Assembly: GCA_040384565.1 (NCBI GenBank)
Contig: JAZKJC010000001.1
Location: forward strand, 1,457-65,456
Source: Patescibacteria group bacterium
GTDB lineage: Bacteria > Patescibacteriota > Saccharimonadia > Saccharimonadales > JAZKJC01
Length of the DNA: 64,000 nt
Direction: 5' to 3'
Part shown: in pieces, positions 9,652-19,490 of the stretch
How positions within the stretch are numbered: the stretch's first letter is position 1
Layout of the letters: each line of letters opens with the position of its first letter
The notes under the pieces: generated by a model
Seen by the model: only the letters and a program-made list of their open reading frames with translations
Database searches by the model: none
Told to the model about the DNA's origin: nothing
Made by a program: the position numbers and the translations under genes

Positions 9652-10283
9652 GGTTTTATAAATACCGTAACTGTTAATGTAAAATTTAGACTAGTACGAT
9701 CCAGCGGATTGGGCTGAATGGCAATCTGAGAAACTTGAGCGGTACGACGGTTTTGTTCCAGCCGGTGCAGGAAATCAACTAGGCGTGCATATGATGTGGG
9801 GGTGGTTGTATCTGATACGACTATTATATCAAGCTGAAACAGATCCTTTATGCCATCTACTGGTTTGACTTGGGTAACTGACGGAGTGGCTGGAGCGGCG
9901 GGGGCAGCTGATCCATCGGTAGGCGTTTCTACTTTTGGTTTTGCTTGTCCTAGCGTTGAAGCTGGAAAGGAAATACTGGTGAGCTTTACGCCAGCTTGAT
10001 CCGCTAAACTAACAATTTCGCGCGTTGCCCGTGCCTGATCTTTTTCTTGGGGCACAACTTGTTTGGCTACTGCTTCTAGGTCGCTATACTTTTCTAGGTC
10101 TTTTTTAGCCTGTATCAGCGAGGTTTGCTGTGCGTCGATGACTTGATTCTCTACCTTGAGTTCAATAAGTTTTTTCGACTGCTTTTTTAAAAATGAGTCC
10201 CCCAGTACTATCGATGAAATCGTTAATAGACTTAAGACTCCAATCAAGCCCACCATACCCATGAAAAACTTTTTATTCTTCAT
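9648..10283 (-). CDS. pilO: type IV pilus assembly protein PilO-like
   Basis: N-terminal TM helix plus a coiled coil. Position is directly after pilN. 211 aa. Confidence 0.6.
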   Translation of the reverse strand: MKNKKFFMGMVGLIGVLSLLTISSIVLGDSFLKKQSKKLIELKVENQVIDAQQTSLIQAKKDLEKYSDLEAVAKQVVPQEKDQARATREIVSLADQAGVKLTSISFPASTLGQAKPKVETPTDGSAAPAAPATPSVTQVKPVDGIKDLFQLDIIVVSDTTTPTSYARLVDFLHRLEQNRRTAQVSQIAIQPNPLDRTSLNFTLTVTVFIKP

Positions 10284-10894
10284 TGCTTTACACCTGCAGG
10301 AGGATTAATAAAACTAAATGAGTTGTTTTTTGCAAACAGCGCTCTTAGCTGGACATTGCATGGATATTTGTTTGCCAAGGCTGTAGCACCCGGCTTTGGG
10401 GCAGTACATTGGATATTTATAATATCAGCCTTTTCGAAGATTTTATTATTTGGATCTTGTAAATTAAGTTGTACCTGCGTAGCTGTTTGGTAGTCGGTGG
10501 CAGCTGTCCGTAAATCTATACCGCCCTGAACCTTATTTATACTGAGCTCTGTTAGCACCGAACCGCTCGGCAGCGCACTGCCAATTTGGGATAGCAACTT
10601 AGAAAATAGTATTTCCCGCTGCAGGACTTGGGTTACAAGCTTGAGACTAGTCGTCAAGTTCTGTACTCGCTTCTGAGTTTCTTCTAAGTTTTGTGTTTTA
10701 AAGGTTTCGCGGCCTTGTTCGGCTTGAGTAGTAAATGAGTTAATTGATTGCTGCAAATACAGATGCCCCGCCCCAACAATTCCAACAATTCCAACAATTC
10801 CAATTATCAACGCAATTGCCCATTGCCTAAGCCGTGTATTACGTCTAGCATACATAATATTTTCTCTAGTTTCTGGAGGTAGTAGATTGATCAT
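10280..10894 (-). CDS. pilN: type IV pilus assembly protein PilN
   Basis: MINLLPPE N-terminal motif, single TM helix, position after pilM. Confidence 0.75.
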   Translation of the reverse strand: MINLLPPETRENIMYARRNTRLRQWAIALIIGIVGIVGIVGAGHLYLQQSINSFTTQAEQGRETFKTQNLEETQKRVQNLTTSLKLVTQVLQREILFSKLLSQIGSALPSGSVLTELSINKVQGGIDLRTAATDYQTATQVQLNLQDPNNKIFEKADIINIQCTAPKPGATALANKYPCNVQLRALFAKNNSFSFINPPAGVKQ

Positions 10895-11054
10895 GGGTTT
10901 CTCCTACGCAAATTTCGAAAGACTAATTGAGGAGTAGGGCAGTGGTTTTGTTGTGACGAAATGTAGCCAAAGCTACGCTGAGGAACAAAAAACCAGTGGC
11001 TTGCCCTCAAGTAGTGCTGCAGATTGTGAAAGAGGGATGCATGTTCAGTGATCA

Positions 11055-12119
11055 TTAGGCAAAAACTTCCTTAGGATTTACCAATGCTAATCCAGATACG
11101 GTTACATACATGGATTTTTCGATGGTGTTAGGTGGCTGTAGTCCATCAAAATCAACATGTTGCCATGGGTCGCACATCCGTACTGGCAAACGTAGTAAGT
11201 TTGTCATGTGTTCCGATAAACCAGGCATATTAGCCCCTCCACCCATAGTCACCACCTGTCCAATTTTGCGCTGAGTGCCTGAGCGTTCTTCATAATAACG
11301 GATCATGCGGCGAATTTCTTTGAGCATTTGATCCAGGATAGGCGCAAGGCCTTGAGTAATCTCTTTTTGTTTTTTGCTCATGCCTAAACCATACTTGGTT
11401 TTAATAATATGGGCTTCTTCGCGAGTAACACCCAAGCTTGTGGCAATGGCACTAGTAAAACTGTCGCCACCTCCAGGTACTGTGCCAGTCACAATCAAGG
11501 CTTTATCGTAGATAGTAATATCAGACGATAGTGATCCCAGATCAATCAGTACCGTCGGCACGTCGCTTTGTTCTGCTTGTACAAATAAACGGCTAGCTGC
11601 GCCGATGCTTGTTTCAACGGCCACTACTTCCAGTCCAAGCAAACTAGTTAACTGAATATACGAATCGATAATTTTTTTAGGAACGGCTACTGCCAATATT
11701 TCTTGTTCTTTTTCCATGGTATTTATGATGTTGTAGTCAACGTAAAGTTCTTCTATCGGTACGGGCACGTACTGTTCTGTTTCCAAGCGGATGGCCTCGG
11801 CTAAATCGGTGGTCCCAAGGTTGGGCAGTGTAACTGTACGAGTAAATGTCCTAGCAGCCGGGACAGCAAGCGCTACACGGCGGGTGGTTATATTACCAAT
11901 CATATGTTTATCAAAAAGTTCAACAGTGACTTTAGCGATTGCTTCTGGATCAACAATTATACCGTCTTTAATGGCAGCCGGATCAAAACCGGTAACACCA
12001 TAGCCGCTCACGACATGGTGTTTATTATGTATATCAACCTGCATGACTTTCAGGCTCGAGAAGCCAATGTCGAGTCCAAAAACCGGTTTATCCTGGTAAA
12101 AAACGCTAGTATTATTCAT
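11055..12119 (-). CDS. pilM: type IV pilus assembly ATPase-fold protein PilM
   Basis: 354 aa, actin-like. GLDIGFSSLKV near the N-terminus and GGGANMPGL near the C-terminus. Confidence 0.85.
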   Translation of the reverse strand: MNNTSVFYQDKPVFGLDIGFSSLKVMQVDIHNKHHVVSGYGVTGFDPAAIKDGIIVDPEAIAKVTVELFDKHMIGNITTRRVALAVPAARTFTRTVTLPNLGTTDLAEAIRLETEQYVPVPIEELYVDYNIINTMEKEQEILAVAVPKKIIDSYIQLTSLLGLEVVAVETSIGAASRLFVQAEQSDVPTVLIDLGSLSSDITIYDKALIVTGTVPGGGDSFTSAIATSLGVTREEAHIIKTKYGLGMSKKQKEITQGLAPILDQMLKEIRRMIRYYEERSGTQRKIGQVVTMGGGANMPGLSEHMTNLLRLPVRMCDPWQHVDFDGLQPPNTIEKSMYVTVSGLALVNPKEVFA

Positions 12120-12190
12120 TTATTATGCTTGCCCACAAAGCAAAAGAGCTTACGCTAACTATATCATACCTACCCCTATTGTAGGTATGA

Positions 12191-13627
12191 TTATAAACGC
12201 TGATAACGCGCCGCCCGCCAGGCTAGGTCAATAGGGATTGAACCAATCGGAAAACCAGTATCAAGTCCCAGGTCAAATGGTGTACCTGAGTTTGTTGAAA
12301 TGTACAGATTTTTACCGGATAAGCCCCCCAGTGCCGGAGTAACGCCAAATTTTGTTTTATCAAGACATAAGCCATTTTGAGCTAAAAGATATATAGCCGG
12401 TGCTTGGGTAGTTGCGTTGTTACCTAAATAGATTGAGCCACCTAAGGGGCAGTCAGCTGCTTTTGACGCAGGATCAGCTCCATATGTAATAAAAACCATT
12501 GGTCCGCTTCCAGGTGCGGTTAGAATACCATCAAAATTAATAGAACCTTCAATGAAAACATATTTTATGCCAGCCGCACCAGTATCGGGATTATAGAATG
12601 TCGGTGAGCACGCATTGGCCGCACACATATTGGCTCGCAAATGCACATGATCCCTAATATTGTATTGCCCACTGCCAAGTGCGAGATCGCCAGAAGTACC
12701 GCAAGAACTATTAATGCCATTGCCGCTATCCGGATAATGGGTTTTTTTGGTATTGCCTGTGCTTGGTATGTCGCGAGGAAAAGACCCGGTTGTCCAGTCA
12801 TTGCAGCCGCCAGCGGAATTTTGGTATGAGTTGTCCATAAAATATGAAAAGGGTATATAAGTGGATTGAATTTTACCGATATTGGTTTGGTTGGGCAGTA
12901 CGTCAAAATCTGCGTTAGAGGTGTTGCCTGGGGGGTTAATACAGTTATTGTAGGCCATCATTAGTTTGGTTTTGGTTTGTCCAGGGTTGGTGAATGTGGT
13001 TGGCTTTATTAAGTTTCCTGTGCCGCCAATGGAACAGTTGCTAGCACTGGTATTCTTGCCGGCAGCAGTTATATTCTCAGCAATTAGGTTCGTAACATTT
13101 TTGTTCATGGCTATATAACCGTTTAGGTATATATCCTTTGCTTTCAAGTCCTTGACACTGCTTGCTGTTTCAATGATATTACGGCTTAGCATTGAGCTGG
13201 TAGTGCTTGTAGAGCTGCGTTCTGCTACAACTTTTATGGTTCGGACAAATTGTGCCGTCGGTGCATTGGCGGGCACGTAAACTTTGCCAACGGCTGTTAT
13301 GACCTTTTGTTTATTGTCGACTCCGGGTACAACCTCCATGGTGTATGTAGACTTATATTGTGCGCTTACTAGAACAGTAACAGGGGTTGACTCACCCGCG
13401 TAGAGATCATTGCCCGCATTTAGTTGGGCTATTGCGGCATCAGCGCCTGACTCTGCCGCATATTGGGATTGCAGTAAAAATATCCGGCTTCGTGCCCGTG
13501 TGAGATTGGCATTTGCTAAAACAATCAGACTGGTAATAATAACAGACAAGAACAAGGTAATAATGAGAATAGAAACAATAACAGAACCCTGCTCATTCTT
13601 TTTGCTGCGATGCAAACGTATCTTCAT
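12191..13627 (-). CDS. PilX-like large pilus-associated protein (PilX_N-type N-terminus)
   Basis: N-terminus GSVIVSILIITLFLSVIITSLIVLANANLTRARSRIFLLQSQYAAESGADAAI, followed by a 400-aa G/N/T-rich region. Confidence 0.6.
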   Translation of the reverse strand: MKIRLHRSKKNEQGSVIVSILIITLFLSVIITSLIVLANANLTRARSRIFLLQSQYAAESGADAAIAQLNAGNDLYAGESTPVTVLVSAQYKSTYTMEVVPGVDNKQKVITAVGKVYVPANAPTAQFVRTIKVVAERSSTSTTSSMLSRNIIETASSVKDLKAKDIYLNGYIAMNKNVTNLIAENITAAGKNTSASNCSIGGTGNLIKPTTFTNPGQTKTKLMMAYNNCINPPGNTSNADFDVLPNQTNIGKIQSTYIPFSYFMDNSYQNSAGGCNDWTTGSFPRDIPSTGNTKKTHYPDSGNGINSSCGTSGDLALGSGQYNIRDHVHLRANMCAANACSPTFYNPDTGAAGIKYVFIEGSINFDGILTAPGSGPMVFITYGADPASKAADCPLGGSIYLGNNATTQAPAIYLLAQNGLCLDKTKFGVTPALGGLSGKNLYISTNSGTPFDLGLDTGFPIGSIPIDLAWRAARYQRL

Positions 13628-13629
13628 AA

Positions 13630-14433
13630 TTACTTATTCCTTAAGGCTACGCGTATGATTGTAGTATTAAATGTTGCGTTTGCGGTTTGAAGAAGCGGCT
13701 TTTTGGTAAGGTTAAGCTTGAACTCAACTACTTCAGCGACAGGAAAGTCTGGCCCGGTGTACATGTTGGTGTCGGTATCGTAACTTGAAGTATAGTCAAT
13801 TAAATTGCCGGTTTTGGAGAAATAACGCATTTCTAATGAACTGATATCACTTGCTACGGTACGGTCAGCGGGACAGGCCGTGGTAGCTATGGCCGGCGGA
13901 CAACTGGTTTTTAGGCGGTTTCCAGGGGCTGACGGATTAGCCAGGCTACGGGACATAAGACTTTTTGTAGAGCCATCCATATAAAGTATGAATTCATCCT
14001 CATATGGCTGGATACCACTTAGGATAACTGCTCCACTGGTATTAATACTGGGACGCTTAAAATATGCAACGGAGGTGCTAGTTCCTGACGATCCCATAGG
14101 AATAACGCCGGGTATAGCATGGATTGGCAGCCAATAATAAGCTGGGGAAATAGCTGGGTCAGGATTTGAACTATTAGTGTCCTCAATACTGTTCTGAATT
14201 ATCAGGCCGCTGGCGGGGTTCAGATTTTCACGCAGAAAATCCCCTGCATTTAAACGGGTAGTCAGCGTATCAAGATCTGACTCAAGCAGCAGTCCGTAAC
14301 GCCAGTAACTAACCATGAAAAATAGCAGTAAACCAGAAAATAGACTACTCACAAAAAGCACAACCATAATTTCCGGGAGAGTAAAGCCCGTCTGGTCGTT
14401 TTCCCTCAATTGACATTTTTGGCGTATTTTCAT
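13630..14433 (-). CDS. prepilin-type N-terminal cleavage/methylation domain protein (minor pilin)
   Basis: QTGFTLPEIMVVLFVSSLFSGLL (G/FTLxE signature). Confidence 0.75.
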   Translation of the reverse strand: MKIRQKCQLRENDQTGFTLPEIMVVLFVSSLFSGLLLFFMVSYWRYGLLLESDLDTLTTRLNAGDFLRENLNPASGLIIQNSIEDTNSSNPDPAISPAYYWLPIHAIPGVIPMGSSGTSTSVAYFKRPSINTSGAVILSGIQPYEDEFILYMDGSTKSLMSRSLANPSAPGNRLKTSCPPAIATTACPADRTVASDISSLEMRYFSKTGNLIDYTSSYDTDTNMYTGPDFPVAEVVEFKLNLTKKPLLQTANATFNTTIIRVALRNK

Positions 14434-14885
14434 TGCTGTCCGATCCCGCCTCTTGTTATGAGCATTCGTAGTTCAAGCTTGTTCGAAGGGTTGTTTAAAA
14501 AACCAACATCAATCTTGATAACCTTGGAATCTGGAATGGTTTTGAGCGGATCAGCGGCAGGCAGAGCACTGGTGTTGGTTACAGTAAGATTAGGGGTGTA
14601 AGTAATGGTGCCACCACCACCGCCCTCAGCCTGGAATATATTATTTGGGAAACAGTTGGTTGCACCTGAGACTGAATCATATTCCAGCGCACGGTCAATT
14701 TCCGGGCAGGCACTCAGTACGGCATACATTTCGTTTAGCTGCTTAGATATAGTGTATGACCGACGAATAGCGTCATAGCCCTGGGAAAGTCCAACTACAA
14801 TTATAGGAAATATGGCACAAGCTAAAACCATCTCAACTATGGTGAACCCGCCCTGGCTATACTTTAGTTTGCTCTTTATCCTCAT
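14430..14885 (-). CDS. prepilin-type N-terminal cleavage/methylation domain protein (minor pilin)
   Basis: QGGFTIVEMVLACAIFPIIVVGL signature. 151 aa. Confidence 0.75.
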   Translation of the reverse strand: MRIKSKLKYSQGGFTIVEMVLACAIFPIIVVGLSQGYDAIRRSYTISKQLNEMYAVLSACPEIDRALEYDSVSGATNCFPNNIFQAEGGGGGTITYTPNLTVTNTSALPAADPLKTIPDSKVIKIDVGFLNNPSNKLELRMLITRGGIGQQ

Positions 14886-14896
14886 AATATACGCCG

Positions 14897-16108
14897 TTAA
14901 TTGCCAATGTTTTTACTTAAGGAAGCTATGGGGCCCATAACGCTGGCCGCAATAACGCCTACCATGCTACCAAGCACCACAATCATTAGCGGCTCTATAA
15001 GTGCACTTAGACCATCTATCATAGTCTCAACCTCTTCTTCATAGAAATCGGCTACTTTGACAAGAATGGTATCAATTTGCCCGGTTTCTTCACCAATTGC
15101 CAGCATTTGCGGCACGATTGGCGGGAAATGCTTACTGCCCTGGAGAGGTTCGCTGAGCTGTTTACCGTTTTTTACTGCTTTGGACGCCTCTTTTAACTCT
15201 GCCTCAATTACCTTATTGCCGATGGCTCCGCCGGTAACTTCAAGCGAATCAAGCACACTAACGCCTGCCGACATCAGTGCTGCAAATGTACGTGCAAACC
15301 GGGCGATAGCAATTTTAGTAACAAGGCCTTTTATTATTGGCAACCGAAGCAACAGGGAGTGAAATTTGTATTTTCCACCAGGAGTTTTAATGTAGCGTCT
15401 CAGTAAATACACTCCCCCAAAGCCGACAACCGCAAGAATTAGAAAATTATCTTGCATAAAACCGCTCATGCTAAGCATTGCTCTGGTGTAAACGGGCAGC
15501 TCAGCGTCCGGACCGCCAATATCAATCAAAATTTTACCAATCTTGGGTATTACCAGGATCATGATTCCGAAAAAGGCCACAATAGTAATTCCAAAAATAA
15601 CCATTGGATACATCATGGCGCTTTTAATTTTTTTGCGCATGCTGGCTTCTTGCTCTACCTGGGCTGCCAGCCGTTTCAGTATTTCGTCTAGTATTCCGCC
15701 AGCCTCACCAGCCTTGACCATATTTATGTAGATTTCTGAAAAGACGTTTGGATATTTCGCGAACGCGTCGCCAAGTGCCATACCGCCCTCGATGTCTTTT
15801 GTGACACCGCCCACAACCTCTTTAAAATATTTGCTTTCAGTCTGGCTCTGCATGGTAGAAAGGGAGCGGGTTAGCGGAACGCCCGCGGAAATCATGGTAG
15901 ACAACTGACGGGTAAATATAACTAACTCTTTGAGTCTAACTTTTTTGCCATGTTTTTTCTTTCCGGTTGTGGCGCCGGCTAGCTTAATAACAACTGGTCT
16001 GAGACCCTGTTTATTGAGTGTTACAACTAAGCTATTGCGATCTGTTGCCTCGGCTTCGCCTTGGACGGTTTTGCCTTCATTGGTGGTAGCTGTATATGAA
16101 AACCTCAT
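14897..16108 (-). CDS. pilC: type IV pilus platform protein PilC (GspF family)
   Basis: 403 aa with two T2SSF repeats and three TM segments. Lies beside pilB. Confidence 0.9.
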   Translation of the reverse strand: MRFSYTATTNEGKTVQGEAEATDRNSLVVTLNKQGLRPVVIKLAGATTGKKKHGKKVRLKELVIFTRQLSTMISAGVPLTRSLSTMQSQTESKYFKEVVGGVTKDIEGGMALGDAFAKYPNVFSEIYINMVKAGEAGGILDEILKRLAAQVEQEASMRKKIKSAMMYPMVIFGITIVAFFGIMILVIPKIGKILIDIGGPDAELPVYTRAMLSMSGFMQDNFLILAVVGFGGVYLLRRYIKTPGGKYKFHSLLLRLPIIKGLVTKIAIARFARTFAALMSAGVSVLDSLEVTGGAIGNKVIEAELKEASKAVKNGKQLSEPLQGSKHFPPIVPQMLAIGEETGQIDTILVKVADFYEEEVETMIDGLSALIEPLMIVVLGSMVGVIAASVMGPIASLSKNIGN

Positions 16109-16127
16109 CTTTGGCCTCCGGCCAAAG
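16109..16127 (-). promoter_or_regulatory. hairpin enclosing the pilC Shine-Dalgarno sequence
   Basis: The minus-strand RNA reads CUUUGGCC-GGA-GGCCAAAG and is immediately followed by AUG. GGAGG sits in the loop and 3' arm. Confidence 0.55.
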
Positions 16128-16128
16128 C

Positions 16129-16218
16129 GTAGACAGTAGACAGTAAACAGCCAACAGCCAAAAACATCGAAAAATAATCCAATGGCCTTTGAGCTGTAAA
16201 CTGTAAACTGTAAACTGT
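16129..16218. repeat. inverted arrays of heptad repeats (ACAG x4 with 7-nt period, 36-nt spacer, CTGT x4 with 7-nt period)
   Basis: ACAG at 16133, 16140, 16147 and 16154. CTGT at 16194, 16201, 16208 and 16215, including CTGTAAA x3. Confidence 0.85.
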
Positions 16219-16234
16219 TGACTCATTTTCCATG

Positions 16235-18046
16235 TTATTTCTCACTCGTTACGCGCAGAATTTCTTCTACGGTTGTTTGCCCGCGGAGGGCTTTAATAAA
16301 TCCATCAACTTGCATTGTAATCATACCGTCTTTTATGGCTTGGTTCTGGATATCATCGCTCGTGCTATTGCCTACGATCAGCTTTTGAAGGGTGACAGAG
16401 TTACCAAGTACTTCATAAATTCCCATTCGACCTTTATAGCCGCTGTGTCCGCAGGTTTCACAACCCTCATCGTGAGCTTTGTATAGACGGTTTATCTTGG
16501 TATCGGTTGTTGACAGCTCGGAAGTGTTAACATCGCTCTTACCGGCGTTTGCTTTACCAATGCCTCCGTCTAGAGCTTGCTGTTCAAGCTGGTGAACTCG
16601 CTTCATAACGGCGCTGTTATCGGTACCGTAAATTTCTGCCAGCTGTTTAAGGGTTGGAGCATCTGGCGTCATAACTTCGCGGCAATCAACGCAAAGGCGG
16701 CGAACCAGTCGCTGCCCCACCACGGCACGTACCGTACTGGCTATCAGAAAAGGCTCAATGCCCATATCCAAAAGCCGTGGAAGCGTAGTGGAGGAGTTGT
16801 TGGTGTGTAGCGTGGCGAAAACTAAATGTCCAGTCAAGGCAGCCTGTACCGCGATATCAGCAGTTTCACTGTCACGAATCTCGCCAACCATTATTACGTT
16901 TGGGTCCTGGCGCATGAGCGCTCGCAAACCACTGGCAAAAGTCATGCCTGCTTTTGGGTTGAGCTGTACCTGATTTGCGCCCGGGATGCGGTATTCTACC
17001 GGATCCTCTACGGTAGATATATTGATACTCGGTTTATTTAGCAAACTTAAAATACTGAAGAGGCTGGTTGATTTTCCTGATCCTGTAGGGCCGGTTACCA
17101 GGACCATGCCATGAGGCTGCAAGATAGCTTTATTAATTGTATCCAGGCTTATTCCCCAGTAGCCAAGCTCTTCCAGCGTGGCTGCTTTGGAAGATTCGTT
17201 CAGGATACGCATTACTACTTTTTCGCCTTCGGTGATGGGTAGAGTAGAAACACGCAAAGCGTACATGCCACCACCAAGTTCAATTTTGAAGCGGCCATCT
17301 TGCGGAGCACGCTTTTCGTCAATTTTTAAGTTAGAAAGGATCTTAATACGGGATACCAAAGCTCCGTGAACTTTTTTGGGAAGCTTGTTAGCCTCGCGCA
17401 AGATACCGTCTATTCGGTAGCGCACACTTATATAGTTTTCGCGCGGTTCAATATGTACATCACTGGCGCCAGAACGGATCGCGTATTCGATTAACAAATT
17501 AACAGTTTGAGCTACAGGAGAATCCTCTGCTAGATCCTCCTCGTCTATTTCTTCCTCTTCATCATCAGTTGACTCGTCTGGAGAAATAACTTTGGTCAGC
17601 TCATTACCAATATTGCCACGGTATTGATCCAGGGCAGCTTGAATATTACTGCTAGTTGCTACCGAGACCTTGATCTGACCACCAAGCTGTTTTTGCAAAA
17701 AACTAACTGCCTGGATGTCATCGGGATCATCCATCGCCAGTAAGTTACTACCGTTTTCTTCGACGCCAAAAAGCACTACGTTGTATTGTCTGGCAATACG
17801 CTCTGGCACAAGCCTAAGAACTTCATGCTTAATTTCTTTGGCGTTGAGTTCTACGAAAGGTAGGTCAATTTCGGCGGCGTATAGCTTGGTCAGGTCCTTT
17901 TCAGTAACGATACTATTTTGGATAACCAGGTCTTGCAATGGCTTTTTTTGAGCCTCTTTTTGGTCGCGCAAATCTTTCAGTTGATCGGCAGTAATCTTGC
18001 CTACCCCTGTTAAAAGTTTTTCTACCAGCGCGTCGGATATACGCAT
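16235..18046 (-). CDS. pilB: type IV pilus assembly ATPase PilB (GspE family, MshEN-type N-terminal domain)
   Basis: Walker A GPTGSGKST, Asp/His boxes, C-terminal CxxC...CxxC zinc motif, 603 aa. Confidence 0.9.
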   Translation of the reverse strand: MRISDALVEKLLTGVGKITADQLKDLRDQKEAQKKPLQDLVIQNSIVTEKDLTKLYAAEIDLPFVELNAKEIKHEVLRLVPERIARQYNVVLFGVEENGSNLLAMDDPDDIQAVSFLQKQLGGQIKVSVATSSNIQAALDQYRGNIGNELTKVISPDESTDDEEEEIDEEDLAEDSPVAQTVNLLIEYAIRSGASDVHIEPRENYISVRYRIDGILREANKLPKKVHGALVSRIKILSNLKIDEKRAPQDGRFKIELGGGMYALRVSTLPITEGEKVVMRILNESSKAATLEELGYWGISLDTINKAILQPHGMVLVTGPTGSGKSTSLFSILSLLNKPSINISTVEDPVEYRIPGANQVQLNPKAGMTFASGLRALMRQDPNVIMVGEIRDSETADIAVQAALTGHLVFATLHTNNSSTTLPRLLDMGIEPFLIASTVRAVVGQRLVRRLCVDCREVMTPDAPTLKQLAEIYGTDNSAVMKRVHQLEQQALDGGIGKANAGKSDVNTSELSTTDTKINRLYKAHDEGCETCGHSGYKGRMGIYEVLGNSVTLQKLIVGNSTSDDIQNQAIKDGMITMQVDGFIKALRGQTTVEEILRVTSEK

Positions 18047-18170
18047 TGATACACATTATAAAGTAACCCGCTTAAGCTTGATAGTATGGCTTTCATAAAA
18101 CCGCACTATTTTACAAAACCACTTTGCTATACTAATTGCGACAGGGTGGTCTAATCAGGAGGGTAATACT

Positions 18171-19205
18171 ATGGCGGCAGGCAAGGATAAAAAAGACAAC
18201 CAAACATCCAGTAGTGAAGAAACGGGCAAGTCCAAGGCGCTCGGTTTGGCACTAGAATCTATCGAAAAACAGTTTGGTAAGGGCTCTATCATGAAGCTTG
18301 GCGAGGCCTACAAAACCGCGGTCGAGACAACATCAACGGGTTCGGTAAGCCTTGATTTAGCACTTGGCGGAGGTATTCCTAAAGGCCGTGTCATAGAAGT
18401 GTATGGTCCGGAAAGTTCAGGCAAAACCACACTAACTCTTCATGCGATTGCGGAAGTCCAAAGGCTAGGAGGCACAGCCGCGTTTATTGACGCTGAGCAT
18501 GCCTTAGATCCGGCTTATGCGCAGCGGATTGGGGTAGATACCGGTAACTTATTGCTGAGCCAGCCGGATAACGGTGAACAGGCGTTGGAAATTGTTGAGA
18601 CATTGGTACGCAGTAACGCAGTGGATCTCATCGTTGTTGACTCAGTGGCGGCATTGGTTCCAAGAGCTGAGATAGAGGGTGATATGGGCGATAGTCACAT
18701 GGGCTTGCAAGCAAGGCTTATGAGCCAGGCGTTGCGCAAGCTAACGGGTATAATAAGTCGCTCCAAGGCTACCGTTATTTTTATCAATCAAATTCGTATG
18801 AAGATTGGCGTTATGTTTGGTAACCCGGAAACAACTACTGGCGGTAATGCGCTCAAGTTCTACGCCAGCGTGCGCATGGACATCCGCCGGATTGCTCAAA
18901 TTAAACAGGGCGAAGAAATTATTGGCAACCGAACCCGGGTAAAGGTGGTCAAAAATAAGATTGCTCCACCTTTCCGCCAAGCCGAGTTTGACATCATGTA
19001 CAACCAGGGTATTTCACGCTCTGGTGATGTTCTGGATCTGGCAGTAGAGCGCGACATAGTTGAGAAATCAGGTGCCTGGTTTGCCTACAAAGGCGAAAAA
19101 ATCTCCCAGGGCCGCGAAGCTGCCAAAAAATACCTAGAAGAAAACCCCAAAATCTTAGAAGAAATTGCCCAAAAAGTAACCGCGGCAGCCCTTAAGGAGG
19201 AATAA
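18171..19205 (+). CDS. recA: recombinase RecA
   Basis: [10 protein letters not shown] Walker [10 protein letters not shown], 344 aa. Confidence 0.97.
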   Translation: MAAGKDKKDNQTSSSEETGKSKALGLALESIEKQFGKGSIMKLGEAYKTAVETTSTGSVSLDLALGGGIPKGRVIEVYGPESSGKTTLTLHAIAEVQRLGGTAAFIDAEHALDPAYAQRIGVDTGNLLLSQPDNGEQALEIVETLVRSNAVDLIVVDSVAALVPRAEIEGDMGDSHMGLQARLMSQALRKLTGIISRSKATVIFINQIRMKIGVMFGNPETTTGGNALKFYASVRMDIRRIAQIKQGEEIIGNRTRVKVVKNKIAPPFRQAEFDIMYNQGISRSGDVLDLAVERDIVEKSGAWFAYKGEKISQGREAAKKYLEENPKILEEIAQKVTAAALKEE

Positions 19206-19207
19206 TA

Positions 19208-19477
19208 ATGGCAAAAAAAGGAGAAAATATTGTAAGCGGAGACTCATCTGAGCCGGATGATGGTATCGAAACAGCAGGTGATGGTGTAGGGGAGCAGGGA
19301 GATGATTTAGGGGTTACAGCTTTTACGAAAGGCGGCAGTAGATGGGTAAATGTTCGTCATGTTAGCGCAAACACTGCCGATGAACTTGGCTTGCATGCAA
19401 TTGGTGATTCTGGGATTCCAGTAGAAGTTAAACCTGGCGAAGAGCCGCCAGATGATATTATCTCAAGGCCATGCTAA
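19208..19477 (+). CDS. small acidic protein of unknown function
   Basis: 89-aa ORF starting 3 nt after the recA stop. D/E/G-rich. Confidence 0.45.
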   Translation: MAKKGENIVSGDSSEPDDGIETAGDGVGEQGDDLGVTAFTKGGSRWVNVRHVSANTADELGLHAIGDSGIPVEVKPGEEPPDDIISRPC

Positions 19478-19490
19478 GACTTACAGAAAA

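Noticed and set aside
12565-12906. Nested ORFs inside the PilX-like gene, and similar internal or antisense ORFs throughout the track (for example 2349-2546, 7827-8204, 15057-15362, 42844-43347)
   Set aside because: All lie within longer ORFs that have clear family motifs. They have biased composition and no independent support.
16129-16218. Considered whether the short tandem repeats (here and at 33243-33351) could be a degenerate CRISPR array
   Set aside because: The units are 7 nt with no spacers of CRISPR size, and no cas genes are in the window.
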